A stretch of 57,816 nucleotides of DNA from Candidatus Brennerbacteria bacterium. Lineage in GTDB: Bacteria; Patescibacteriota; Minisyncoccia; UBA6257; GWB1-50-10. The stretch covers positions 1 to 57,816 of the forward strand of contig JAZDNP010000004.1 of the NCBI GenBank assembly GCA_043799565.1. Direction: 5' to 3'. Position numbers and translations under genes: made by a program. Below, piece by piece: positions 26,839 to 37,458 of the stretch (its first letter is position 1; the number at the start of each line of letters is the position of its first letter). The notes below the pieces were generated by a model, which did not search any database, was not told the origin of the DNA, and worked only from the letters and a program-made list of their open reading frames with translations.

Positions 26839-27354
26839 ATGAGAAACGGGTTCACGCTGGTGGAAACGCTTATCGTGGTTGCAATCACGCTTTTTCTCTC
26901 CGGCATGCTTCTCTCATACAATCGTTCCACCGACAACCAAGTGGTGTTGGCGGCCGAGCAAGCGCGGGTGGCGGGGGTCTTGTTCCGCGCAAAGTCGTTT
27001 GCACTTCAGAAAAATGTGCAGAGAGGGGCTACGGAAGCGTGCGGGTTCGGCGTGCATTTTGAAAAAACGGGAGGCCGTCTCATTCTCTACGGGGATATTC
27101 CCTCGCCGGGAGAAAATTGTGCTGCGAGCGATAATGCCTATGTACCCGGGGAAGAAATTGAAGAAGTGGTTCTGAATCCTCGTGTGGCAATTTATTCGTA
27201 TAGCGAAGACCCTACCGCCACATCTTTCGATATTTTTGTCCGGTCCCCATATCTCGAAACGGTAGGCGCGGGGACGATTACATTGGAACTTACCGCGACC
27301 GGCGATACGCGTGACATTGTGGTAGGCGAAGGCGGCGCTATTGGTACTCCATAA
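26839..27354 (+). CDS. minor pilin / pseudopilin
   Basis: MRNG/FTLVETLIVVAITLFL prepilin N-terminus. Confidence 0.7.
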   Translation: MRNGFTLVETLIVVAITLFLSGMLLSYNRSTDNQVVLAAEQARVAGVLFRAKSFALQKNVQRGATEACGFGVHFEKTGGRLILYGDIPSPGENCAASDNAYVPGEEIEEVVLNPRVAIYSYSEDPTATSFDIFVRSPYLETVGAGTITLELTATGDTRDIVVGEGGAIGTP

Positions 27355-27358
27355 GACC

Positions 27359-27883
27359 ATGAACACCAGACAAACCAGGCATAAAGAAAACGGCAGTTCG
27401 CTTGCAGAGGCCATGGTGGCGCTCGGTCTCGTGATGATGGGCCTTGTCGGTATTGTGGTCCTTTATACGCGTTCGTTCGCACTGAACCGCGACGTGGTGA
27501 ACCGGACCATCGCGGCGGGGCTCGCCGCCGAAGGGGTTGAGATAGTAAAAAACGTGATTGATATTCATATCGCGGAGCGCGCGGGCTTCGCGGCTTTTTT
27601 GGATGAAGGAGATTACGGTCCAGATTATACAAGCGTTACCAATGATGCGGTGGCGCTCCCTCCGCCGAGTGCCCCTCTTCATATGATAGGGAGCGACGCG
27701 TCATGGTGGGCTTATATACGTCAGATACCGAGAGTGAGTACGCCGACCGGTTTTTCGCGCACCGTTTCCATATCATTTCTCTCTCCCGACGAGATTTCCG
27801 TGACGTCCACCGTGGCATGGGCCGACCATGGGGGAACAAAATCGGTAAACATTGAGGACCATTTCTATAATTGGCGCCCATGA
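27359..27883 (+). CDS. minor pilin-like protein
   Basis: Degenerate prepilin N-terminus ...ENG/SSLAEAMVALGLVMMGL. Start trimmed to the ATG at 27359. Confidence 0.55.
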   Translation: MNTRQTRHKENGSSLAEAMVALGLVMMGLVGIVVLYTRSFALNRDVVNRTIAAGLAAEGVEIVKNVIDIHIAERAGFAAFLDEGDYGPDYTSVTNDAVALPPPSAPLHMIGSDASWWAYIRQIPRVSTPTGFSRTVSISFLSPDEISVTSTVAWADHGGTKSVNIEDHFYNWRP

Positions 27884-28454
27884 AAAACGATTTCCGACAA
27901 GGTTTCACAGTGACGGAGCTTATCGTTGCGATGGGTGTGTTCGTGATCATCGTAACTATCGCGGTCGGAGTGTTCGTGAATGCGGTGAAAAGCCAGCGCC
28001 GCCTTACTGAACTTATGGCGGTGAATAACAATGCGGCAGGCGCGCTGGAACAAATGGCGCGCGAGATACGCACCGGATACCGTTTTTGCGGTGTTCAGGA
28101 TCCCGATGCGCCGTGCGATATTCCGAGTGGGGAAACGCTTACATTTGAAAACCACGTGGGAGACGAGGTCACGTATGCGCGTACCACCGAAGGAGCGGTA
28201 ACGCGTTCTGCGGGAGGAGCCCCCGCGTTCGAACTTACCGCACCAGATACGATCGTGACATACCTCGCCTTCGTTGTGAGGCAATACGGGGACGGAGTGA
28301 ACGACGCATGCAATCCATGGCGCATAACGGTTGCGATGGGGGTGAAGCCGAAGAACGACGTGCTCGGAGGCGACGAGGTGAAGCTTCAAACCACCGTAAG
28401 CTCGCGCGTGTTTCCGGTGGAAGCGCCGGGCGCATCCCAAAGCATAATTGAAAT

Positions 28455-28467
<13 letters not shown>
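27880..28467 (+). CDS. minor pilin (PilW-like)
   Basis: MKNDFRQG/FTVTELIVAMGVFVIIV. ATGA overlap with the preceding gene. Confidence 0.7.
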
Positions 28468-30939
<2,472 letters not shown>

Positions 30940-30962
30940 AATAACGGGCATAATACCGAATA

Positions 30963-31247
30963 ATGCTGAATGAAAAGGACGTGGAAAATTTAGCCGAACT
31001 TGCGCGGATACGCCTTACGGAATCAGAAAAGGAGCATGCCCTCTATGATTTGGAGAAGATACTTGCGCACGTTGCCGAATTGAAAGAGGTGGAAACGGAC
31101 GGAATACCGCCGATGGCGGGTGGGACCGCGCTCACGAACGGAGTGCGTGCAGACGAAGGCGACGAGCGTCTCGCGGGTGACGTGGCTCGTGGCGCATTCC
31201 CCGAAGAGAAGGGAGGATTTTTGAAAGTTCCGCCGGTATTTGAATAG
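30963..31247 (+). CDS. gatC: Asp/Glu-tRNA amidotransferase subunit C
   Basis: 94 aa. LARIRLTESEKE...EVETDGIPP pattern. Immediately upstream of gatA. Confidence 0.85.
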   Translation: MLNEKDVENLAELARIRLTESEKEHALYDLEKILAHVAELKEVETDGIPPMAGGTALTNGVRADEGDERLAGDVARGAFPEEKGGFLKVPPVFE

Positions 31248-31249
31248 GT

Positions 31250-32707
31250 ATGGATACAAAAACGTTTACTATCAAGTCGTTCATTGAAGGCCTTCGCGCC
31301 GGAACTTATTCCGCGGTGGACGTGATAAAGAATCACCTTGATGCAATCAAATCGCAGGACGGGGACATTCATGCATACCTTGAAACGTACGGCGGAGAAG
31401 CCCTTTCTCTTGCGGCACATGCGGACGCCGAAATCCGGGAAGGGAGCAGTACAAAGCCGCTTCTCGGCGTTCCGGTGGCGCTGAAAGACAATATGCTGGT
31501 TTCGGGGCATCGCGCCACCGCGGGTTCAAAGATATTGGAGAATTACACGGCAAGTTACGATGCGACGGTCGTGAAGAAATTGCGTGATGCGGGGGCCATA
31601 ATCATCGGGAAGACCAACTTAGATGAATTCGCGATGGGCTCGTCCACCGAGAATTCGGCATTCGGTCCCACAAAGAATCCACACGATGTTTCACGTGTGC
31701 CAGGCGGTTCTTCGGGCGGTTCCGCGGCGGCGGTCGCAGGCGGCATGGCACTTGCGGCGCTCGGAAGCGACACTGGCGGTTCCATACGTCAGCCAGCGGC
31801 GTTCTGTGGTGTGGTGGGGATGAAGCCGACGTACGGGGCGGTTTCACGCCATGGTTTGATTGCGATGGCGTCCAGTTTGGACCAGATTGGTCCGTTCGCG
31901 AGAACGGTTGAGGACGCGGAAATACTTTTTAACGTGATCCGTGGCGGGGATCCATTCGATGCAACAAGCCTGCCTACCGGACAGGCAGGTGCGAAGGAAA
32001 GCGGCGGACGTGAAGAGAAAAAATCATTCACTATCGGCATTCCAAAAGAATATTTCGGAGAGGGATTGGATAAAGACGTGGCGAAAGCGATTGGTGTCGT
32101 CATCGCGCGCTTTAACGAACTGGGATATAAAACAAAGGAGGTTTCGCTTCCTCACACGAAATTCGCACTTTCGGTCTATTACCTTGTGATGCCTGCAGAG
32201 GTTTCGGCGAATCTCGCGCGGTTTGATGGTATCCGCTTTGGGCGCATTCCAGAAGCAGCAGACACTGGAACGCTTCGTGATATTTACGATATCCAGCGTG
32301 GGAAAGGGTTTGGTATGGAGGTGCGCCGCCGCGTGCTTCTTGGCACATTCATACTCTCTGCAGGCTACTACGATGCCTATTACGCGAAAGCACAGAAGGT
32401 GCGGACGCTCATCTCACGTGATTTTGAGAATGTTTTCAAAGATGTGGATGTGCTTCTTGCGCCCACCACGCCTACCCCCGCTTTCAAGTTCGGAGAAAAG
32501 ACGCAGGATCCGGTGCAGATGTATCTTTCCGATATTTTTACCATCCCCGCGAACCTCGCGGGCATTCCCGCCATATCCATCCCGGTTGAAAAATACGAAG
32601 CGGGTTCGGGGAAGCTCCCTATTGGGTTTCAGCTTATGGCGCCGCGTTTCCACGACGCCGACCTTTTCACCCTCGGCAAGAAGTACGACGAGGCATATAG
32701 AAAATAA
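31250..32707 (+). CDS. gatA: Asp/Glu-tRNA amidotransferase subunit A
   Basis: Amidase signature GGSSGGSAAAVA...GSDTGGSIRQPA. 485 aa. Confidence 0.92.
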   Translation: MDTKTFTIKSFIEGLRAGTYSAVDVIKNHLDAIKSQDGDIHAYLETYGGEALSLAAHADAEIREGSSTKPLLGVPVALKDNMLVSGHRATAGSKILENYTASYDATVVKKLRDAGAIIIGKTNLDEFAMGSSTENSAFGPTKNPHDVSRVPGGSSGGSAAAVAGGMALAALGSDTGGSIRQPAAFCGVVGMKPTYGAVSRHGLIAMASSLDQIGPFARTVEDAEILFNVIRGGDPFDATSLPTGQAGAKESGGREEKKSFTIGIPKEYFGEGLDKDVAKAIGVVIARFNELGYKTKEVSLPHTKFALSVYYLVMPAEVSANLARFDGIRFGRIPEAADTGTLRDIYDIQRGKGFGMEVRRRVLLGTFILSAGYYDAYYAKAQKVRTLISRDFENVFKDVDVLLAPTTPTPAFKFGEKTQDPVQMYLSDIFTIPANLAGIPAISIPVEKYEAGSGKLPIGFQLMAPRFHDADLFTLGKKYDEAYRK

Positions 32708-32888
32708 AGGGTTTGTCCAAATTCAAATTAAGTAAAAATACTCCGCCAGGGAGTATCTTGATTTGCACAGTATTTCAGGCAACACAGAACTAAGTTCCTT
32801 CTGCCTGGCTTTCAAATTTATCTACCAAAACCAAAGCCTCGGTTCTGATTTGTCCTAATGTTGTATTTTCATCAATCGGAATTTCAAG

Positions 32889-33212
32889 CTAAACGCCTTT
32901 TTTTGGAACTGAGCCGTGAATCATCCCTTCCTTTCCGATGCTAAGGGCAATTTCCTTATTAACCGGACTTAGTGAATCGAAGTCCAAAGCTATATGGGCG
33001 TACCCTATTCCTACATCTTTTTTATTTGCTGAAGAAAATATTGTTTTTATCCCTTTATCAAAGAATTGCTGGCAAGCCTCAAGTAGCGGTGCCTCAACGA
33101 AAAATTTTAAATCCTCTTTATCTCCAACTATCACCCCACCCTCTTCGATCGGCTCAATTTCACTAAGAGGGGTATCCCCCGATAGCTCATTTCTCTGTTC
33201 AAAATTTTCCAT
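32889..33212 (-). CDS. hypothetical acidic protein (107 aa) in an A/T-rich islet
   Basis: Clean ORF with codon-like periodicity. Composition by eye is much more A/T-rich than the flanks. No family recognised. Confidence 0.45.
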   Translation of the reverse strand: MENFEQRNELSGDTPLSEIEPIEEGGVIVGDKEDLKFFVEAPLLEACQQFFDKGIKTIFSSANKKDVGIGYAHIALDFDSLSPVNKEIALSIGKEGMIHGSVPKKGV

Positions 33213-33230
33213 AGTTGAACGTATTATTTG

Positions 33231-33305
33231 CGCGGGCGATGGGATTTGAACCCACGACCTTCCCCGTGACAGGGGGACACTCTAACCAGGCTGAGCTACG
33301 CCCGC
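33231..33305 (-). tRNA. tRNA-Asp(GTC)
   Basis: GCGGGCGTAGCTCAGCCTGGTTAGAG..., anticodon arm TCCCC-CTGTCAC-GGGGA, T-arm GTGGG-TTCAAAT-CCCAT, discriminator G. Confidence 0.9.
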
Positions 33306-33339
33306 AACAAAACCAATCTACCTTAACCGCGGATGTTTA

Positions 33340-33849
33340 TCAAATTCTAACCACGATTATGCGCTGTTTCCACCCTTTAAGGAATTTCGTGAGCGGAACT
33401 TTTCGAGGGATGGCATGTCGGGTTTTTGAATCAGGGTCGTTATAAAAAACAATATTTTTTTCGAATCCGGTGACGACCACCAAATGTCCTGAAGATCCGT
33501 ACTTGAGGTTTCGATATATGGAAGCGATAACAGGCCCGCGCTTCAGCGCACGAAGCATCGTAATGGAGGCAGATTTTGGTGTTTTTGAGGACCAGTTATA
33601 TTTTTTGCCTTTAAACCCATAACGCATTGCGACGCGTGCGAGTCCGGCGTGCGACCATCCTACGTTTCGAATGTAAGCGTGCGCGCGGATTCGTGCTTTG
33701 ATGAGGCGAGGGAACGTTCGCGTGACCGTGTGTTTTGGTTTGAGAAAATCCAAGACCATTTTGAGCGCCACGATGCCGCAGCTCCGCCGCTTCCACGCGC
33801 GGTTTTTCACGTCTAGATACTGGGAATACGCGGGGACGTTGAAGCGCAT
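33340..33849 (-). CDS. peptidase C39-like (papain-fold) domain protein
   Basis: Catalytic-type SCGIVALKMVL (Cys), GHLVVVTGF (His) and YNDP (Asp) spacing. Confidence 0.6.
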   Translation of the reverse strand: MRFNVPAYSQYLDVKNRAWKRRSCGIVALKMVLDFLKPKHTVTRTFPRLIKARIRAHAYIRNVGWSHAGLARVAMRYGFKGKKYNWSSKTPKSASITMLRALKRGPVIASIYRNLKYGSSGHLVVVTGFEKNIVFYNDPDSKTRHAIPRKVPLTKFLKGWKQRIIVVRI

Positions 33850-34322
33850 CAGAAGCGTTTTATAAGCTCTATGCGGTAGTGGGGGTCTTTGATGAATTCG
33901 GAAAGCGTGCCTTCACGAACCTCGCCGTAGCTTTTCTTTGCCTGAATAATCGACCCGTTGCCGAGATAGAGCGCCACATGGCCGATGTAATGGCGTACAC
34001 CGTCGAAAAGCTCGTCGTCGTAGTGGCCGGCGACGCCGGTCATGAAGAGTAGATCTCCCGGCTCAAGGCTCGAGAGGTCCGGCGCGGGAACGATCGTTTT
34101 TCCCTTTTGATCGGCCGCTTGTAGGATCGAGGAGCGTGGCAGTTCAATGTCTATATTTTTGAAAATATACTGGATAAAGGAAGAGCAATCGAAAACATTC
34201 GGCGCATCTTCCGGTTTTGCACCGTATTCATACGGTTTTCCTACAAGGCCGCGCGCGAGCGAAATAAGCTTTTCTTTTTGTGTCTCGGTCATTTGCTCGT
34301 ATTGTACCAGTTTTATTGACAT
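33849..34322 (-). CDS. NlpC/P60 family cell-wall hydrolase
   Basis: FDCSSFIQYIF (Cys) and GHVALYLG (His) motifs. TGATG overlap with the downstream gene. Confidence 0.7.
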   Translation of the reverse strand: MSIKLVQYEQMTETQKEKLISLARGLVGKPYEYGAKPEDAPNVFDCSSFIQYIFKNIDIELPRSSILQAADQKGKTIVPAPDLSSLEPGDLLFMTGVAGHYDDELFDGVRHYIGHVALYLGNGSIIQAKKSYGEVREGTLSEFIKDPHYRIELIKRF

Positions 34323-34393
34323 TCACCTCGAGCCGCTTTCATACTGGGGAAAGAGCATTTCCACATTCCCTACCAACCTTAAGGGAGGTTAGT

Positions 34394-34606
34394 ATGACAC
34401 GGCCAATTAACCCCGCCGAACGAGCCTATCGGCTCGAAGAGGTCGACAGCGTTATCGTGAAGACCGAGAACAGTAGCGAACTTGTCCGCGCGAAGGTCGT
34501 CGGATTTGACCAACGCAGGGATCATAAATCTCCGATTTTTTCCGTCGTATCAGAAGGGCAGATGAAAGGACGGACGCTCCATTGGTGGCATGTCAGTTTC
34601 ACATGA
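34394..34606 (+). CDS. small hypothetical protein (70 aa)
   Basis: Strong RBS AAGGGAGG 6 nt upstream of the ATG at 34394. A terminator follows. Confidence 0.5.
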   Translation: MTRPINPAERAYRLEEVDSVIVKTENSSELVRAKVVGFDQRRDHKSPIFSVVSEGQMKGRTLHWWHVSFT

Positions 34607-34625
34607 CGAAGGCTTTATCAACCGG

Positions 34626-34655
34626 AACGAGCGAGAAAAATTCTCGCTCGTTTTC
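34626..34655 (+). terminator. rho-independent terminator
   Basis: AACGAGCGAGAA-AAA-TTCTCGCTCGTT followed by TTCATTT. Confidence 0.7.
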
Positions 34656-34678
34656 ATTTCAATTCCCTTACCGATATG

Positions 34679-34974
34679 TTGCGGGGGCGGGAATTGAACC
34701 CGCTGCCTTCTGGTTATGCATCTCGCTACGGCTTTCGCCGCCTCCGACATAAAGTCGTGAGTTTGCGGTCTGGACTATACCTTCACCCCTAAGGGTGCTC
34801 GCCGTCTAGTCTCTACACCTTGTCGCGCGAGGCGACCTTGGCTCGGTATTACCATTTCTCGAATTGAAAAGAAGGCTTCACCGAGTTTGACGAGTGTTCC
34901 ATGAATCCTTTCGGAATCATGAGCCCAAATTGAGCCAGGCGTGCAACCGTTACACTTCCCCGCGGAAAAAGTAT
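34679..34974 (-). tRNA. initiator tRNA-fMet(CAT) interrupted by a 224-nt group I intron in the anticodon loop
   Basis: Exon 1 (34974-34943): CGCGGGGAAGTGTAACGGTTGCACGCCTGGCT. Exon 2 (34718-34679): CATAACCAGAAGGCAGCGGGTTCAATTCCCGCCCCCGCAA. C1:A72 mismatch and A73 as in bacterial initiator tRNA. The spliced loop would be CTCATAA. Confidence 0.85.
34719..34942 (-). ncRNA. group I intron (IC3-like, no ORF)
   Basis: The 5' exon ends in U and the intron ends in G. P2 is CATGATTCC-GAAA-GGATTCATG. Core strings CCGAGCCAAGG and AAGGTGTAGAGACTAGACGG...CCTTAGG...GGTATAG closely resemble the Azoarcus tRNA-Ile intron core as I recall it. Confidence 0.85.
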
Positions 34975-35054
34975 AGCAGTTCGCCTTTGAAACGCAAGCG
35001 AGAAAAAATACCAGCGGAAATGGTACAATTACCTATGTAACGTAGGTATCAAAC

Positions 35055-35735
35055 ATGCGCGTAAAGGAAAAAACCCAGGCCGTTCTTATGCGAAAAAAAG
35101 GAATGAGTATGGGAGAAATTGCAAAGAAACTCCAAGTCAGTAAGGCCTCAATAAGCCGGTGGTCTCGGGGCATAACATTATCTATCGCACAAAGGAAAAA
35201 ACTTGACACACGCCGGCGAGCTATAAGTATTGCTACACTCCGACGTGCCGCGGAAATAAAAAAGGAGGAAAAATCCGCTGAAATAAAAAAAGTTCGCGCG
35301 AACGGAAAAAAGGAGGTCGGCGCATTAAGTGATAGGGATTTTTTCATTGCCGGCCTAGCGTTGTATTGGGGAGAGGGAGGAAAAGGAGGAAAAGCGGGAG
35401 TCGAGTTCACCAATTCAGAGCCTACGAGTATTATGTTTGTCGTGCGATGGCTTAAAAAATTTTATGGAATTTCAAGAAAACATTTAAAACTGCGTGTTAC
35501 CATAAACAGAATACACGAACCGCGCATTCGCGAAGTGTTAAGATTTTGGTCGGGCCTCGTACGTGTATCGTCCTCACAATTTTCCCAAACCAGTTTTGTA
35601 AACACTAGGCAACGCCGATTGTACAAAAATTTTGCTACTCATTACGGCACATTGCGTTTGAACGTAAAAAAGAGCACCAACCTTCACCGCCGAATCATAG
35701 GGTCGATGGAGGTTCTGCAAACGATTGGTAAATAA
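35055..35735 (+). CDS. HTH + LAGLIDADG-like (single-motif) putative homing endonuclease
   Basis: N-terminal HTH MSMGEIAKKLQVSKASISRW. FFIAGLALYWGEGGK resembles a LAGLIDADG motif. A/T-rich gene sandwiched between two CAT-anticodon tRNAs. Confidence 0.55.
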   Translation: MRVKEKTQAVLMRKKGMSMGEIAKKLQVSKASISRWSRGITLSIAQRKKLDTRRRAISIATLRRAAEIKKEEKSAEIKKVRANGKKEVGALSDRDFFIAGLALYWGEGGKGGKAGVEFTNSEPTSIMFVVRWLKKFYGISRKHLKLRVTINRIHEPRIREVLRFWSGLVRVSSSQFSQTSFVNTRQRRLYKNFATHYGTLRLNVKKSTNLHRRIIGSMEVLQTIGK

Positions 35736-35778
35736 ATCTTGCCGTCTCACTTAGTTCAGTTTATGCTGTTTTTGTAGC

Positions 35779-35850
35779 GCCAGGGTAGCTCAGTGGTAGA
35801 GCGAGGGACTCATAAGCCCTAGGTCGGGAGTTCGATCCTCCCCCCTGGTA
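35779..35850 (+). tRNA. elongator tRNA-Met or tRNA-Ile2 (anticodon CAT)
   Basis: GCCAGGGTAGCTCAGTGGTAGAGCG-AGGGA-CTCATAA-GCCCT, T-arm GGGAG-TTCGATC-CTCCC, G1:U72. Confidence 0.85.
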
Positions 35851-35857
35851 CTGATAT

Positions 35858-36997
35858 ATGAAAGAAATCGTCATTGACTCAGCGGAAGAAAAAAAATTAC
35901 GCGCAGAATTGGAGAAACGGACGGACCCCAATGGACTCCGTATGGCGCGGTTTCTCAATATGCCGGACCTCTCGCGACGAGAAGGCAGTCCTATTGCGGA
36001 AATCGTCGCACGCATATTGGCGAGCCCGTATTTCAAAGATCTCGACATTATCAGAACCCCCGAAATCGTGCCGGCGGACGTGAGTTTCGATCTCTTTGAT
36101 TTTCCTTCCGACCATCCCGCACGTAGCCCATCGGACACATATTATGTGAATGATGGGAACATTTTACGCACCCACACCACCATCATGTGGTATTACTACC
36201 TTTTAAATGAAGACGTGAAGGCGCGTATCGCGGTGAGCGAACCGGTGGGCTGTTTCAGCTTCGGGAAGGTGTACCGTAGGGACGAGATAGACAGGAATCA
36301 CATGAACGTGTTCCATCAGATTGACGGCTGGTATCTTGCGCCAAAATCTTTAAAGACGATAGGGATTAAGGAATTGGAAGAGGCGCTTGGCGCTATCGCG
36401 ACCGCGGTATTCGGGCCAAAGGTGAATTTTCGTTTGAACAAAGACACGTTTCCATACACCGACCCTTCGCTTGAAATGGAGGTTGAGATAAACGGAGAAT
36501 GGGTTGAGGTCGTCGGCTGTGGCGTGGTAAAAGGGAGTGTGCTCGAAAAAATGGGCGTTGACTCGTCGAACTATACCGGATGGGCGTTTGGTTTCGGGTT
36601 GGAGCGTTTGGCAATTGTGAGCATGAGCCTTCCCGACATCCGGCTTCTTTGGTCCGAGGACGAACGCGTGAAGCGTCAGCTCAAACTCGGAAACGAGTAT
36701 AAAGAGGTGAGCAAATTCCCTCCCATCACGCGCGACATCTCATTTGTGGTTGATACAGGTTTTGTGCCGAACGATTATTTTGACCTTATCCGGGACATCG
36801 GTGGCGACATCGTGGAAGAAGTAACACTTTTGGATAAGTATGAAGATGAGAAAAAGTTTGGAAGTGGTAAGATAAGCTACACCTACCGAACGGTGTATCG
36901 TTCGAACGAGCGGACGCTTACCGTGGAGGAAATCACTCCGATACAGGAGGACATAACCAAAGAAACAAAAAAGCGGTTCAATGCGCAAGTACGCTGA
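35858..36997 (+). CDS. pheS: phenylalanyl-tRNA synthetase, single-chain form: alpha-type catalytic core fused to a C-terminal FDX-ACB anticodon-binding domain
   Basis: Class II motifs FDFPSDHPARS, GKVYRRDEIDRNHMNVFHQIDGW and GWAFGFGLERLAIV. These are followed by KFPPITRDISFVVD...DLIRDIGGDIVEEVTLLDKY...SYTYRTVYRSNERTLT. Confidence 0.8.
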   Translation: MKEIVIDSAEEKKLRAELEKRTDPNGLRMARFLNMPDLSRREGSPIAEIVARILASPYFKDLDIIRTPEIVPADVSFDLFDFPSDHPARSPSDTYYVNDGNILRTHTTIMWYYYLLNEDVKARIAVSEPVGCFSFGKVYRRDEIDRNHMNVFHQIDGWYLAPKSLKTIGIKELEEALGAIATAVFGPKVNFRLNKDTFPYTDPSLEMEVEINGEWVEVVGCGVVKGSVLEKMGVDSSNYTGWAFGFGLERLAIVSMSLPDIRLLWSEDERVKRQLKLGNEYKEVSKFPPITRDISFVVDTGFVPNDYFDLIRDIGGDIVEEVTLLDKYEDEKKFGSGKISYTYRTVYRSNERTLTVEEITPIQEDITKETKKRFNAQVR

Positions 36998-36998
36998 T

Positions 36999-37430
36999 AT
37001 GACGCCCATCATTAAATTTTTCGACAAACTTGAGGACAAGGTACGCGGATGGCTTTCCCACTATCCGATCCTCTACGGTATCATTGGCGGCATCGGTACG
37101 GTGCTCGCGTGGCGTGGTATTTGGCATACGACGGATTTCATTTCGACCCATTACTTCCAGAACGGCACCGAAGGAGTCCTTGGTACCATGAACTACCCCG
37201 TGCTTTGGGATGGCCTTGCGTCGCTCATTATCGGTGTGGCGATACTTCTTGCGACAGGCCTCTTTGTCGCGGGTTTTATTGGGGATCACATCCTCATCTC
37301 GGGATTGCGTCACGAAAAGAAGGTTACTGAGAAAACCGAGGAGGAAGTTGAAGAAGAGGCGGTGCGATTAAAAGGATTAAAGGTCCAACTGGACAGGATA
37401 GAGAAGCGATTGGAAGAAATGAAAAAATAG
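36999..37430 (+). CDS. hypothetical membrane protein with a C-terminal coiled coil
   Basis: Two TM helices (YPILYGIIGGIGTVLAW, LASLIIGVAILLATGLFVAGFIG), then an EEEVEEEAVRLKGLK segment. ATG lies 1 nt after the pheS stop. Confidence 0.55.
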   Translation: MTPIIKFFDKLEDKVRGWLSHYPILYGIIGGIGTVLAWRGIWHTTDFISTHYFQNGTEGVLGTMNYPVLWDGLASLIIGVAILLATGLFVAGFIGDHILISGLRHEKKVTEKTEEEVEEEAVRLKGLKVQLDRIEKRLEEMKK

Positions 37431-37458
37431 AAAGGGCCCCCGATTTCAAGGAGACCCT

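Noticed and set aside
34679-34974. Considered tmRNA (ssrA), because the ~296-nt unit has a tRNA-like acceptor/T-arm at its ends.
   Set aside because: Both ends join into a complete tRNA with D-arm and a CAT anticodon loop. There is no tag-peptide reading frame ending in a typical ...AA stop. The interior carries group I intron core strings.
35761-36138. 125-aa minus-strand ORF.
   Set aside because: It overlaps tRNA-Met(CAT) and is antisense to the well-supported PheRS gene, so it is a shadow ORF.
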